Below, piece by piece: positions 48,926 through 58,649 of a stretch of DNA of 64,000 nt. The DNA comes from Candidatus Latescibacterota bacterium. Lineage in GTDB: Bacteria; Latescibacterota; UBA2968; GCA-2709665. The DNA is taken from assembly GCA_965219455.1 (NCBI GenBank), contig OZ244744.1:2912001-2976000 (forward strand), written 5' to 3'. A program made the translations under genes and the position numbers. Below the pieces are notes generated by a model. It saw only the letters and a list, made by a program, of their open reading frames with translations. It did no database searches and had not been told where the DNA came from. Position 1 is the stretch's first letter, and each line of letters begins with the position of its first letter.

Positions 48926-50167
48926 ATGACCGTAGAACGGGCCAGATACGGCGCGGATGCGGCCGCCGGGCTTGCGGGCACGCTGCCCCAACCCTTTCCC
49001 CGCACCATCGGACCCAACGCGATGACCTATCTCCGGGAGGTGGTCGACTCCGGTCTGACGTGCAACATGATCGGGCGATTTGAAGACACATTCGCGGAAG
49101 AGATGGGCGTAAAACACTGCATTGCCACGCCCGGTTGTACGCCCGCCCTGGCCGTTCTGGCCTGCGCGCTGGACTTCGATCCGGGGGATGAGATCATCGT
49201 GAGTTCGGTGACAGACTACGGCACCGTGCAGGGTCTCATAAGAGAGAACTATATCCCCGTTTTCGCGGATACGGACGCGGGTACCCTGGCCATCAGCGCG
49301 GAAACCATCGCACCCTGCATCACGGACCGCACGCGCGCCATTCTCGCCGTGCATATGACCGGGACAATCTGCGATATGGATCCCATCGTGGAACTCGCGG
49401 ACGAACACGGTCTCATCGTTTACGAAGACGCCTGCCAGGCCGTCTTCGGGGAATACAAGGGTCGTCTGGCCGGGTCTCTATCCACAGCGGGCGCGTTCTC
49501 CTTCGACTCCGAGAAAACCATGGGTTCGGACATTGGCGGCTGTGTGGTGACAGACGACGACGACCTGGCTGAGCGCATGCGCTTCATCGGCCACAGCCGC
49601 GGCGGGCAGGTGCTCGCAGGGTTCGGGAGGCAGCACGTTGTCCCCGGATTCGCCCACCGCATGCCCCAATGCACCGCTGCCGTCTCCCTGGCGCAGCTCG
49701 AGATCATCCGTCCCAACGTGCAACAGCGCGACGGGATGATCCGCCTGCTCACGGAGAGACTCGAGGAAATCCCCGGCATCACTCCACTTCCCATCCCGGA
49801 CTACATGAACGTCTATTCCTGCTGGATGGCCGGTTTCAGCATCGACCCCGACGCGTTCGTCTGCACGCCGGACGCGTTTGCGCAACAGGTCGCGGATGGG
49901 GGTATCCCGGGCGCGGGCACGGGTCGCTATTACTTGTTACCCGCGGCCTTGCCCTTTCTTACCGAAAAGGCGGAAAAGAAGCTGCATCCCTATTCAACGC
50001 CCCCCGCTTCCAGGGAATATTCGTACAACGGGGATACCTGCCCCAATGCACAGACCTTCCTGGAATCCTTCGTTCGCTGGTCGTCGTTCTGCGAACGCTA
50101 TGAACCCGAACACTGCGAACTCGCCGAGCAGATCGTCCGGGAAGTGGCCGATCACAATCGCGCGTAG
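48926..50167 (+). CDS. DegT/DnrJ/EryC1/StrS PLP aminotransferase
   Basis: PGDEII, VH..G..CDM, EDACQA, FSFDSEK. Confidence 0.9.
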   Translation: MTVERARYGADAAAGLAGTLPQPFPRTIGPNAMTYLREVVDSGLTCNMIGRFEDTFAEEMGVKHCIATPGCTPALAVLACALDFDPGDEIIVSSVTDYGTVQGLIRENYIPVFADTDAGTLAISAETIAPCITDRTRAILAVHMTGTICDMDPIVELADEHGLIVYEDACQAVFGEYKGRLAGSLSTAGAFSFDSEKTMGSDIGGCVVTDDDDLAERMRFIGHSRGGQVLAGFGRQHVVPGFAHRMPQCTAAVSLAQLEIIRPNVQQRDGMIRLLTERLEEIPGITPLPIPDYMNVYSCWMAGFSIDPDAFVCTPDAFAQQVADGGIPGAGTGRYYLLPAALPFLTEKAEKKLHPYSTPPASREYSYNGDTCPNAQTFLESFVRWSSFCERYEPEHCELAEQIVREVADHNRA

Positions 50168-50453
50168 AGGCGTTGCCCGTCGCACAAAGGCGCCCGTCGA
50201 CGCCACTGAGGTGGTTCGTGGAAAAACCGGCCCCGCGCCGAGCGGCGCCCTTCTTTTTCGCCCTTTTTCTTGGCGAAGCAAGAAAAAGGGCAAGGGAATA
50301 GGGAAGTTTAGGGGGAGGGAGTTATTTTCTCGGCGATAGCTAAACACAGTCACTTCGACAGGGTCAGCACAAGCAACGCAGCGAGATGGGATGAATCGGT
50401 GCGAGGATGGTGTGGTAAATTTATTACGAGACATCAGGTCCGAGGAGGTTCAG

Positions 50454-51509
50454 ATGTCAGACACACGATACCGTGAGATCGAAGTCGCCGGATCGCCGTT
50501 TGAGATGGGGCGCCAGATCGGCGAGGCCGCCCGTGAAGAAATCCGCGGCTTTGCGCATATCGCCCTCGAACGGGTGAACAAGAGCGTTACGGTCCCCGTT
50601 GAAAGGGCAATGGCCGTCGCCCGGGACTGCATTCCGTACGTGGAGGGATACGCGCCCCACATGCTCGACGAGATGCGAGGCATGGCCGAGTCCTCCGGCG
50701 TCCCTATGGACGATCTCATGATGCTCCAGGTCCGAAATCAGCTTCAGGCGAAGGCCGACGCCGGATGCACGTCCTTTTCAGTCACCGCGCCGGCCGGAGG
50801 GGCCAACATTGTGGGTCAGAACTGGGATAACGACCCGGCACTCAACCCCTTTACCATTGTCCTCAAGCGCCGCCCGACGGGAAAGCCAGCCATCCTGAAC
50901 ATTACCCAGGCCGGGATCATCGCCTACATCGGCGTGAACAGCGAGGGTATCGGGCTATGTCTGAATACCCTTCCGTCGCCCAGCCGGGCCGTGGGCGTGC
51001 CGCACTACTTCACGGTCCGGGGCATTTATGAAACAGGCACCCTGGAAGATGCCGTGCAGGCGGTGCGCCGGGCGAGGCGCGCCATCCCGGCCAACATCAT
51101 CCTTGCGACGCCCCAGGGGCCGGCGGACCTGGAGGTCACCCTGGACACCGTGCATGTGATCCGGGACGACGGCGTGGGCCTGGTAACACATACCAACCAC
51201 TGCGAGCATCCCGAACTGGTGCATAACAACAGCGTCTTCCCCGAACTCATCCAGTCCGGCGGGCGGAAAATCCGAATCCGGAAACTCTTCGATGAAATGG
51301 AACGTCCCTTTGCGATCGAGAGCATGAAGGCCGCGCTGAGCGATCATGAAAACCACCCCACCTCCATCTGTCGCCATCCCAACGATGACCCCACGACAGG
51401 GTACTGGGCGACCGCGTTCTCCGTCATCATCGAAACCGATGCCGGCCGCATGCACGTGAGCCGAAACAACCCCTGCCAGAACCCGTATGAGACCTATGCG
51501 CTGAACTGA
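50454..51509 (+). CDS. Peptidase C45 (Ntn-hydrolase, isopenicillin N acyltransferase-like)
   Basis: G...E.G.Q.G, GCTSF, GQNWD, G.N..G, HTNH. Confidence 0.88.
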   Translation: MSDTRYREIEVAGSPFEMGRQIGEAAREEIRGFAHIALERVNKSVTVPVERAMAVARDCIPYVEGYAPHMLDEMRGMAESSGVPMDDLMMLQVRNQLQAKADAGCTSFSVTAPAGGANIVGQNWDNDPALNPFTIVLKRRPTGKPAILNITQAGIIAYIGVNSEGIGLCLNTLPSPSRAVGVPHYFTVRGIYETGTLEDAVQAVRRARRAIPANIILATPQGPADLEVTLDTVHVIRDDGVGLVTHTNHCEHPELVHNNSVFPELIQSGGRKIRIRKLFDEMERPFAIESMKAALSDHENHPTSICRHPNDDPTTGYWATAFSVIIETDAGRMHVSRNNPCQNPYETYALN

Positions 51510-51560
51510 TCGGCACGCGCGCCGCATCGCTTTCCACCCGGTCTTTCAGGAATCATCTCC

Positions 51561-53432
51561 ATGTCTCTCACGTCCAACCAGATCGCGTACGCGCTATCGC
51601 GCAAACTCCTGCGCAACCGGCATACCCGTATCATGATGGATTACTATACGGAAAAACTGCCGCGTCTCGAAACGCCTGGATCTCCTGCGCAATGGAAGAG
51701 GCTGACCGCCAGGGTCCGTCGGGACCTCCTGAAGAAGGTCTACCTGACCGGACTCGATCCGAGCGTCAACGATCGCCCGCCGGATGTCCGCTGGCGTGGC
51801 GTCCTGGAGGGCAACGGCTACCGAATCCGGAAGCTCCACTACGAAGGGTATCCGGGCATGAGGATCCCGGCGCTGCTTTACGAGCCTGAGAATCTGAGGG
51901 ACAAGGCGCCGGTCGTGCTCAACCCCAATGGCCACCATCGCGGCGGCAAGGCCATGGACTATAAGCAGGCGCGGTGCATCAACCTGGCCAAACGCGGCAT
52001 GCTCGCCCTCAACTTCGAATTCATCGGCATGGGTGAACTTCAAGGCTCGGCCAACCACATGCACCAGGCCCACATCGACCTGTGCGGTGTAGCCGGCGTC
52101 AGCGCCATGTATCTGGCCATGAAACGCGGTCTGGACGTCCTGCTCGCCCACGAACATGCCGATCCCGACCGGGTGGCCATGACCGGTCTCTCGGGCGGCG
52201 GATGGCAAACCGCCGTGCTCACCGCAATGGATGAACGCATCGGCGTCTCTGTGCCCGTTTCCGGACACTCCCCGATCTGGCACCGGGCGACCAAACGATG
52301 GCAGGACCACGGCGACCTGGAGCAGACACCCGTCGATCAATGCACCGTGGCCGACTACGACACCCTCACCGCGATGTTCGCGCCCCGTCCGGCGCTGCTT
52401 GTACACAGCGTCAACGACGGTATTTTCCGACCGGAATTCATGCGGCCGGCCCTGTATACACCCGCCCGGAGGGTATACGAACGGCTCGGCGTACCCGGCC
52501 GCATCGGTTTTTACGCCAACAAGGATCCAGGCACTCACAACTACGAGAAAGATATCCGCGAGCAACTCTACCAATTCCTCAAGACTGCCTGGGACCTTGA
52601 CATCTCCACCCGGGATATCCCGTGCGACGACGAAATACGCTCCGAGTGGGAACTCAACGTGGGGCTGCCGCCGGACAACCCCACGTTCCTCTCGATCGCC
52701 TCCGAACTCGCCGGGCGGCTGCCCGAGAAACGATCGACCACAGATACAAAACAACAGGATCGAAGACGCCTTACCAGAGTGTTGCGGCTGCCGTCTGCGT
52801 ACACCGTCGACGCGCGATCCGTGCGTAAGACACGAACGCTGGACGGAGTACAAATCTCGCACCATCTCCTGGAGATGGACCGCTGGAATATTCCCGTCAC
52901 GGAACTCCGCCCGAACGGTTCGAACGATGTCCTGCTTATCCTCCCGGAAAACGGCCGGGCCGGCGCAGCGAGGGCGGTAGACAGCGCCCTCCAGTCCGGT
53001 AAGCGCGTTTTTGTGGCCGACCTGTTGGCGTTTGGCGAACAGATCATCGCGGACGGCGCCTACCACTACCTGTTTATGGAATGCATCTCCGCGGCCGGGG
53101 ACCGCCCCCTGGGCATCTGCACGGCCCAGTTGCTCGCCCTCCGGCGCTGGATAGAGTCGACAACCGGCATGCATTCCCTGAACATAACCACCCAGGGTCT
53201 CTCCACCGGGCTGATTGCCATCTGTGCGGCGGCCTTGCGCCCCCGGGGCGTCGACGCACTGAGCGCCAACCTGCCCGACACCCTCCGCCGGCTCATCGAC
53301 TGGAGCGTCGACTTCGCGAAAGAGCCCGTTCCGTTTTGTTTCGGCCTGCTCGAGCAGTTTGACATCGAAGACCTGATCCTGCTTTCCCACCCCGTAGACA
53401 TTCTTATGGACGGCCGCGGGCCGATGCGTTGA
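51561..53432 (+). CDS. Alpha/beta hydrolase (acetylxylan-esterase-like)
   Basis: P.VL...GH...GK, TGLSGGG nucleophile elbow, APRP.L, HNY. Confidence 0.8.
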   Translation: MSLTSNQIAYALSRKLLRNRHTRIMMDYYTEKLPRLETPGSPAQWKRLTARVRRDLLKKVYLTGLDPSVNDRPPDVRWRGVLEGNGYRIRKLHYEGYPGMRIPALLYEPENLRDKAPVVLNPNGHHRGGKAMDYKQARCINLAKRGMLALNFEFIGMGELQGSANHMHQAHIDLCGVAGVSAMYLAMKRGLDVLLAHEHADPDRVAMTGLSGGGWQTAVLTAMDERIGVSVPVSGHSPIWHRATKRWQDHGDLEQTPVDQCTVADYDTLTAMFAPRPALLVHSVNDGIFRPEFMRPALYTPARRVYERLGVPGRIGFYANKDPGTHNYEKDIREQLYQFLKTAWDLDISTRDIPCDDEIRSEWELNVGLPPDNPTFLSIASELAGRLPEKRSTTDTKQQDRRRLTRVLRLPSAYTVDARSVRKTRTLDGVQISHHLLEMDRWNIPVTELRPNGSNDVLLILPENGRAGAARAVDSALQSGKRVFVADLLAFGEQIIADGAYHYLFMECISAAGDRPLGICTAQLLALRRWIESTTGMHSLNITTQGLSTGLIAICAAALRPRGVDALSANLPDTLRRLIDWSVDFAKEPVPFCFGLLEQFDIEDLILLSHPVDILMDGRGPMR

Positions 53433-53501
53433 GATCCGGAACACACGGCGCAGCCCGGTCCGATCCTTTCGTTTCGTCGTCGTTCCCGAGAGGCGTATGC
53501 A

Positions 53502-54272
53502 ATGTCCGACTCCGCAACCATCCATTTGAACGCGCGTTATTACCGCGCCCTGCCCATCGACAGTCCCGGGTACGAATCGGTCACGTTCGAACTCCCCATC
53601 GCACGGACGGCCCTCGTCGGCATGCACTGCTGGAATATCGGCTGTCCCGGTGGCCCTCCCCTGAACATGGACTACTGCGTGGACCTGGGTTGGCCTGAGG
53701 CCACGGCTGAAGGCTACCGCATCATGTGCGAGGTGATGCGGCCGGCCATGGACGCGGCACGGACGATCGGTCTCCCCGTAGTACACGTGGAGGCCGACTG
53801 GATGGACGAACAATACCCGCACATTCCTTCCAGACGGGACAGAACAAACGTCTGGAAACCCACCGGCCGCCAGAAGGAAATGCTGGACCGCGCCCACGGC
53901 CCCGATTACATGACAAACTCCCCGCTTGCAAAGATGCGCCGGGCCGAAGTCGTGTCTCCCATTGGCGATGAGCCCATGGTCTTTTACACCGACACCATGG
54001 ACGCATACCTGAAAGCCAACAACATCGACACCCTCATCTACACCGGATTCGCGGCCGATATGTGCGTTCTGGGCTCCGAAGGCGGCGGACAGGCGATGCT
54101 CTCCCGCGGGTACCGCTGTATACTGATGCGAAACGGTACGGTAGGCGTGGAACGTCCGGATACCTTTGACGAACGCCTGGCCACGCGCTACGGCATCCAC
54201 ATTTTCGAATGGAAGATCGGGTACACCACCACGTTCGAGGCGTTCATGGAAGCGGCGGGGACCGGTCAATAG
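53502..54272 (+). CDS. Isochorismatase/cysteine hydrolase family (atypical)
   Basis: RTALV, AAR..G.PVVH, L....I.TLIY.GFAADMCV. Confidence 0.75.
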   Translation: MSDSATIHLNARYYRALPIDSPGYESVTFELPIARTALVGMHCWNIGCPGGPPLNMDYCVDLGWPEATAEGYRIMCEVMRPAMDAARTIGLPVVHVEADWMDEQYPHIPSRRDRTNVWKPTGRQKEMLDRAHGPDYMTNSPLAKMRRAEVVSPIGDEPMVFYTDTMDAYLKANNIDTLIYTGFAADMCVLGSEGGGQAMLSRGYRCILMRNGTVGVERPDTFDERLATRYGIHIFEWKIGYTTTFEAFMEAAGTGQ

Positions 54273-54314
54273 GCCTGAAAGTCATCCGACGAAGCGTCAA
54301 AGAAAGGAAAATCA

Positions 54315-55307
54315 ATGGCCATCGGAATTTGTGACTGGAAACACGGCAAGAAATGGGTCTATTCCATCACGTACGACGAAGCGCTCATCGAATTGCACGA
54401 ACGCGCCGTGCCGATCCATGAAGCGTTCAATATACCTGGACATATGGAAGCGGTGGCCGGCCACATCGGCGAAATACGGCGTCTCGGCAACTCCAGTTAC
54501 AACGGCTTCCGGCACATGACCGGGGAGGAAATGAAGGAGATGGTCGACCGCGGCTGGGGTGTGGGAAACCATTCATGGAGCCACGAAGTGATACAGCCGG
54601 ATATGCTGGACCGGGAGTTGCGAGAGGCCAAGGAGGTAATGGAAGAGGCCATCGACGGTCCGGTGGATCTCTACTGCTCGCCCGGCAACAATACCAATAT
54701 GGCGGACCACGTACTGGAAGCCTGCCGGGAATACGGCTATCTCGGAGCGATGAGCCTGACGGACGCGCTCAACCGGCCCGGTGACGAACTCTTCTGGCTG
54801 AACCGCACGGCACTGCACGACCAGTTCTACGAACCCTTCTACAGCGAATTCGATCCGTACAGGAACATACGCCATGCGCAAGTCGACAACGGGTGGATAA
54901 TCGACTACTGCCACTGCCCGCTGGATGAAGTGGTCCATCGTAACAAAGACTGTACCGCCGACCAGCTTCGGCGGCGTTTTGAAGCGGTCCTCAGCGAAGG
55001 CGGGGAAGATGTATGGTGCGCCGTGCCCGAGGAAGCCATTTTCTACCATCTCACCCGGCGCCATACCGAGGTTACAACCCTCGACGATACCGCCGACGAA
55101 AGGCGCTACCGCCTGAACCTTGACGGGTTGTCCGACCGGGTCACGTGTCGTGCTCTAACCCTGGACGCCGACGTGCCCGCGGCCTGGTGCCGGTATCCCC
55201 GGGTTCGCGTCGGCAATCAACCCATGCCCGCTTCCCTCGTCCGCCCCGGCGTTCTGCGCATTACCGTGGACGTTGAAGACGGGATGGAACTGGCGTATTC
55301 GGCTTAG
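54315..55307 (+). CDS. Polysaccharide deacetylase (NodB-like)
   Basis: SITYDE, GNHSWSH. Confidence 0.75.
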   Translation: MAIGICDWKHGKKWVYSITYDEALIELHERAVPIHEAFNIPGHMEAVAGHIGEIRRLGNSSYNGFRHMTGEEMKEMVDRGWGVGNHSWSHEVIQPDMLDRELREAKEVMEEAIDGPVDLYCSPGNNTNMADHVLEACREYGYLGAMSLTDALNRPGDELFWLNRTALHDQFYEPFYSEFDPYRNIRHAQVDNGWIIDYCHCPLDEVVHRNKDCTADQLRRRFEAVLSEGGEDVWCAVPEEAIFYHLTRRHTEVTTLDDTADERRYRLNLDGLSDRVTCRALTLDADVPAAWCRYPRVRVGNQPMPASLVRPGVLRITVDVEDGMELAYSA

Positions 55308-55357
55308 AGCTGAGACCCGATACAGACCGCGACACAGAGAAAGAAGAAATCCGGAGA

Positions 55358-55915
55358 ATGGGCAACTTCGCGGGTCACAACGTTCACCTGGAGACGGCGC
55401 GCCTGAGTCTGCGGCCATTTGAGGAGGTGGATTTCGATCTGGCCGTTCCCTTTTACAGGGATCCCGATTTTCTCGCCGCGATGGAGGGCGAACCGCCTGA
55501 CGCACCTGTGACTTCCGACTATCTCAAAGGCGCGGGCAGGGCCATGGCCGAACAGGGTTTCCTGTTCGCGGTCGTTGAAAAGGCCAGCGGCCGCACCATC
55601 GGTGAAGTGTGTCTTCAGTGGATGAATTTGGAGCGCGGTAAGATTATGGGCGAGAAGGTGATGCGCCTGCCCATTGGAATCTGGGACAAGTCTTTGTGGG
55701 GAAGGGGTTACGGAAAAGAAGTGGTGCGGTGCCTGATGGCGTATGCGTTTGAGGACTTGGGAATCGATCGGTTCTGTCCGATGGACGTTTCCGCCGACAA
55801 TGTCCGGTCAGTGGGGTTGTGGCGGTCGCTCGGCCTGGTCGTCGCGAGGGACGTGGACGGTGGAAAGGTGCTGGATTTTGAGATTACGAGGGAGGTCTAT
55901 GAGCGGTTGAGGTAA
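55358..55915 (+). CDS. GNAT (RimJ/RimL-like) N-acetyltransferase
   Basis: LET.RL.LRPF...D, WGRGYG.E, N..S..L...LG. Confidence 0.85.
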   Translation: MGNFAGHNVHLETARLSLRPFEEVDFDLAVPFYRDPDFLAAMEGEPPDAPVTSDYLKGAGRAMAEQGFLFAVVEKASGRTIGEVCLQWMNLERGKIMGEKVMRLPIGIWDKSLWGRGYGKEVVRCLMAYAFEDLGIDRFCPMDVSADNVRSVGLWRSLGLVVARDVDGGKVLDFEITREVYERLR

Positions 55916-56581
55916 GGAAACCACCGGCCGCAGTAATTGAAGAACCCGTTCTCACACAAAGACACGAAGACACCAGGAATAACCTGGGAAGATGGGCGAT
56001 GGGTCTTGCTATAAGCACGCCCATATATTTCTTGTAAGTTTTTTATTTTTATATTTTTACGCCCTTTTTCTTTCTCGCCAAAGAAAAAGGGCCAAAAAGA
56101 ACGGCGCCGTTCGGCACGGGGCCGGTTTTTCCACGAATCTCGTCAGTGGCGAAACCTGACGGTTGTGCCCTACGTACGCATCCGGACCCCTGGCGCTTCG
56201 GTGCTGAACGGAATAGCGTGGAAAAACCCCCCACTCCACCACCGTGCGGATGAGGGGCTAAAGCGAAATGCCGCGCGGGCGAGACCTACCCCCTATCCCC
56301 CTTCCTGAAGGAAGGGGGAAACTGTCATCGGTTGATCACGCCTCTATCGATGATATAATCCACCTGACATATTGTGACGGGACAACGCTTGTCTCCCCCT
56401 TTCCTTTAGGAGAGGGGGCCGGGGGAGAGGTCCTGGGAGCGAGGGCATCTTGCCCTCGTTGCGCCACTTCTGGTTCTGCCTATTCATCGGGCTGATGTCA
56501 ACGGATCGCATTTCTGGTTCAAGCTGACAGCTGTTGTTCCTGACCGCTGATTGCTGATTTTACCCTTTGTGTGAGATGATT

Positions 56582-56797
56582 TCAGGTTCCTTCCCCCATC
56601 CCAGCGATTGCGGGTGCGACGTATTCGTCGTCGGGATTGACGAGGTACGTGTAGCCGCTGGGGAGACCGGCGCCCTTCATAAGCCCCTTGACAATCGTAA
56701 TGTCGCCCGTTGAGACGCCCCGGGTTGTGACGGCCGCGATCCTGTAACTCGTGTCCATCGGCAAATCGTTCATGAAATGGATGGTTCGACCGGCGAG
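56582..56797 (-). pseudogene. Orphan copy of the last ~71 codons of the 58650..61628 lyase
   Basis: Aligns without gaps to 58650-58865, also sharing ~35 bp downstream. Confidence 0.85.
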
Positions 56798-57778
56798 GCG
56801 ACCCCGGAGCTTTCTGCCTTGAAAGACAAACAGACAGCTAAACAAGGCTTCTGGGCTTATTATCTGGGCGGTCTGTTTGTCAGGATGAGCGACAACCACC
56901 TCTTCCTGTTCGCCGCCGGCCTTGCCTTTGCAACCCTCCTATGTCTTGTGCCCTCGGTCTTCCTCATTTTCTTTGTGCTCGGAGCAGTCCAGGACGCGGC
57001 CTCCATAGCCGACCAGGTCAATAGGACAGTGGAGGTGTTCATCCCTTATGAAGAACATGCCGCGTACCTGAAGGATGCTTTATCCTCGCGCATCCCCGAC
57101 GTCGTCGAATTTAAAGAGGCGTACGGCGTTTCCGGCCTGTCAATCCTGCTGCTGAGTGTCAGCAGCCTGTTCAGCAGCATGAGAACCCTCCTCAACACGG
57201 TCTTCCGAGCCTCCGGGGACGAGCATAACCTGGTGGCGAGACTGTTCAAGCAGTGGCCGGAAGCGGTGGACAAACTCAAGAATATGAGTACTTCAGGTCT
57301 CCGGTTGAATTTCTTGCGCATGACCCTGCCGGTAGCGGTGGGCAAATTGAAAGACCTCGCTATGGTACTCCTGGTAATGTACGCTTTTTTGCTGTTGATC
57401 CTCTCTCTGCCCATTTTGGCCGCGGTCCTCAACGCCGTCCTGTCGCCGCTGCACTCCTATGTGACCTACTTCTACGACCTCGCCTCCTTTGCGGTGATCT
57501 TTGCCGTATTCCTTGGCCTGTACTGGCTGGTGCCTTATGAGGCACCCCGGATAAACGTGCTGGCTATGGGCGCTTTTTGGGCCGCCCTGCTGTTGAAACT
57601 GGCCGAATGGCTCTTCGGCTATTACCTGGGCCATTTCGCCTCCATCTGGTATTTGTACGGGGCTTATACGCTGCCGTTGGCCGTGGCCCTGTGGATCTAC
57701 TTTTCAGCCATCGTCTTCATCGCAGGTGCCGAGGTCGCCCAACTCTGCCATGAAAAACGCGCTGCCGTTCGAGGCTGA
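56777..57778 (+). CDS. YihY/virulence factor BrkB family membrane protein
   Basis: AA.LAF..L..L.P, LY...P, GA..A..L, YGA.......LWIY.S......GAE; start uncertain. Confidence 0.85.
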   Translation: MDGSTGEATPELSALKDKQTAKQGFWAYYLGGLFVRMSDNHLFLFAAGLAFATLLCLVPSVFLIFFVLGAVQDAASIADQVNRTVEVFIPYEEHAAYLKDALSSRIPDVVEFKEAYGVSGLSILLLSVSSLFSSMRTLLNTVFRASGDEHNLVARLFKQWPEAVDKLKNMSTSGLRLNFLRMTLPVAVGKLKDLAMVLLVMYAFLLLILSLPILAAVLNAVLSPLHSYVTYFYDLASFAVIFAVFLGLYWLVPYEAPRINVLAMGAFWAALLLKLAEWLFGYYLGHFASIWYLYGAYTLPLAVALWIYFSAIVFIAGAEVAQLCHEKRAAVRG

Positions 57779-58649
57779 TGGTGAGCGGCACGTTTCTAGC
57801 CGCGAACAAACTCCCCACTCCACCACCGTGAGGGCGAGGGGCGAAAGCGAAAGGCCGCGCGGGCGAGACCTACCCCCTATCCCCCTTCCTGAAGGAAGGG
57901 GGTAACTGTCATCGGTTGATCACGCCTCTATCGATGATATAATCCACCTGACATATTGTGACGGGACAACGCTTGTCTCCCCCTTTCCTTTAGGAGAGGG
58001 GGCCGGGGGGAGAGGTCCCGCGCCGTCATTGGTCTTGTAGGGGCAACCCTTGTGGTTGCCCTCTTCGTGGCGGGCATATCGCTGGTTGGAATCGTCAGGC
58101 CGTATCGCTAACCGCTGTTGGCTGATCGCTGATTGCTTCTCGCCGAGTGGAAGCCAATGAATATTCGGTCGAAGGGCCTTTCGTGAGGGCAACCAGAGCA
58201 GAGCGCGTGGTTCCGTTCAGCACAGAACACCGATTTCCAAAATTACTTGCAGGGCAGTAGACCTTGTGGATGCGCCGTGGAGATTCGCGCTGTGCATATC
58301 GCAGGCCCCGCGCCTAGCGGCGACTTTTGGTTCCTTTTGGTCGCTTCAAAAGGAACCCGCCGGAGGCAGGGAATTTGGGGAGGTCTGGATTTGGAGTATG
58401 TTTTCTTTCGTAATTTTAATCTACGCCGGTTTTCTTACGCGAATTGATATCGTGAGTCCGTATCGTTAACCGCTGTTGGCTGACTGCTGTTTTTCCAGCA
58501 ACGAGGGCGACCGGCCGGTCGCCCCTACGAAAACCAGGCGTTCGTGAATTGATATCACAATGCCGAATCGCTAACCGGTTTTGGCTGATAGCTGACCGCT
58601 GATCGCTGGTTTTCCTGATTGCTGAATTTACCCTTTGTGTGAGATGATT

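Noticed and set aside
51594-54269. Long antisense ORFs (891 aa here; also 2843-3991, 40063-41466, 46629-48011, 60183-61451)
   Set aside because: Shadow frames of GC-rich genes that have clear family motifs on the opposite strand.
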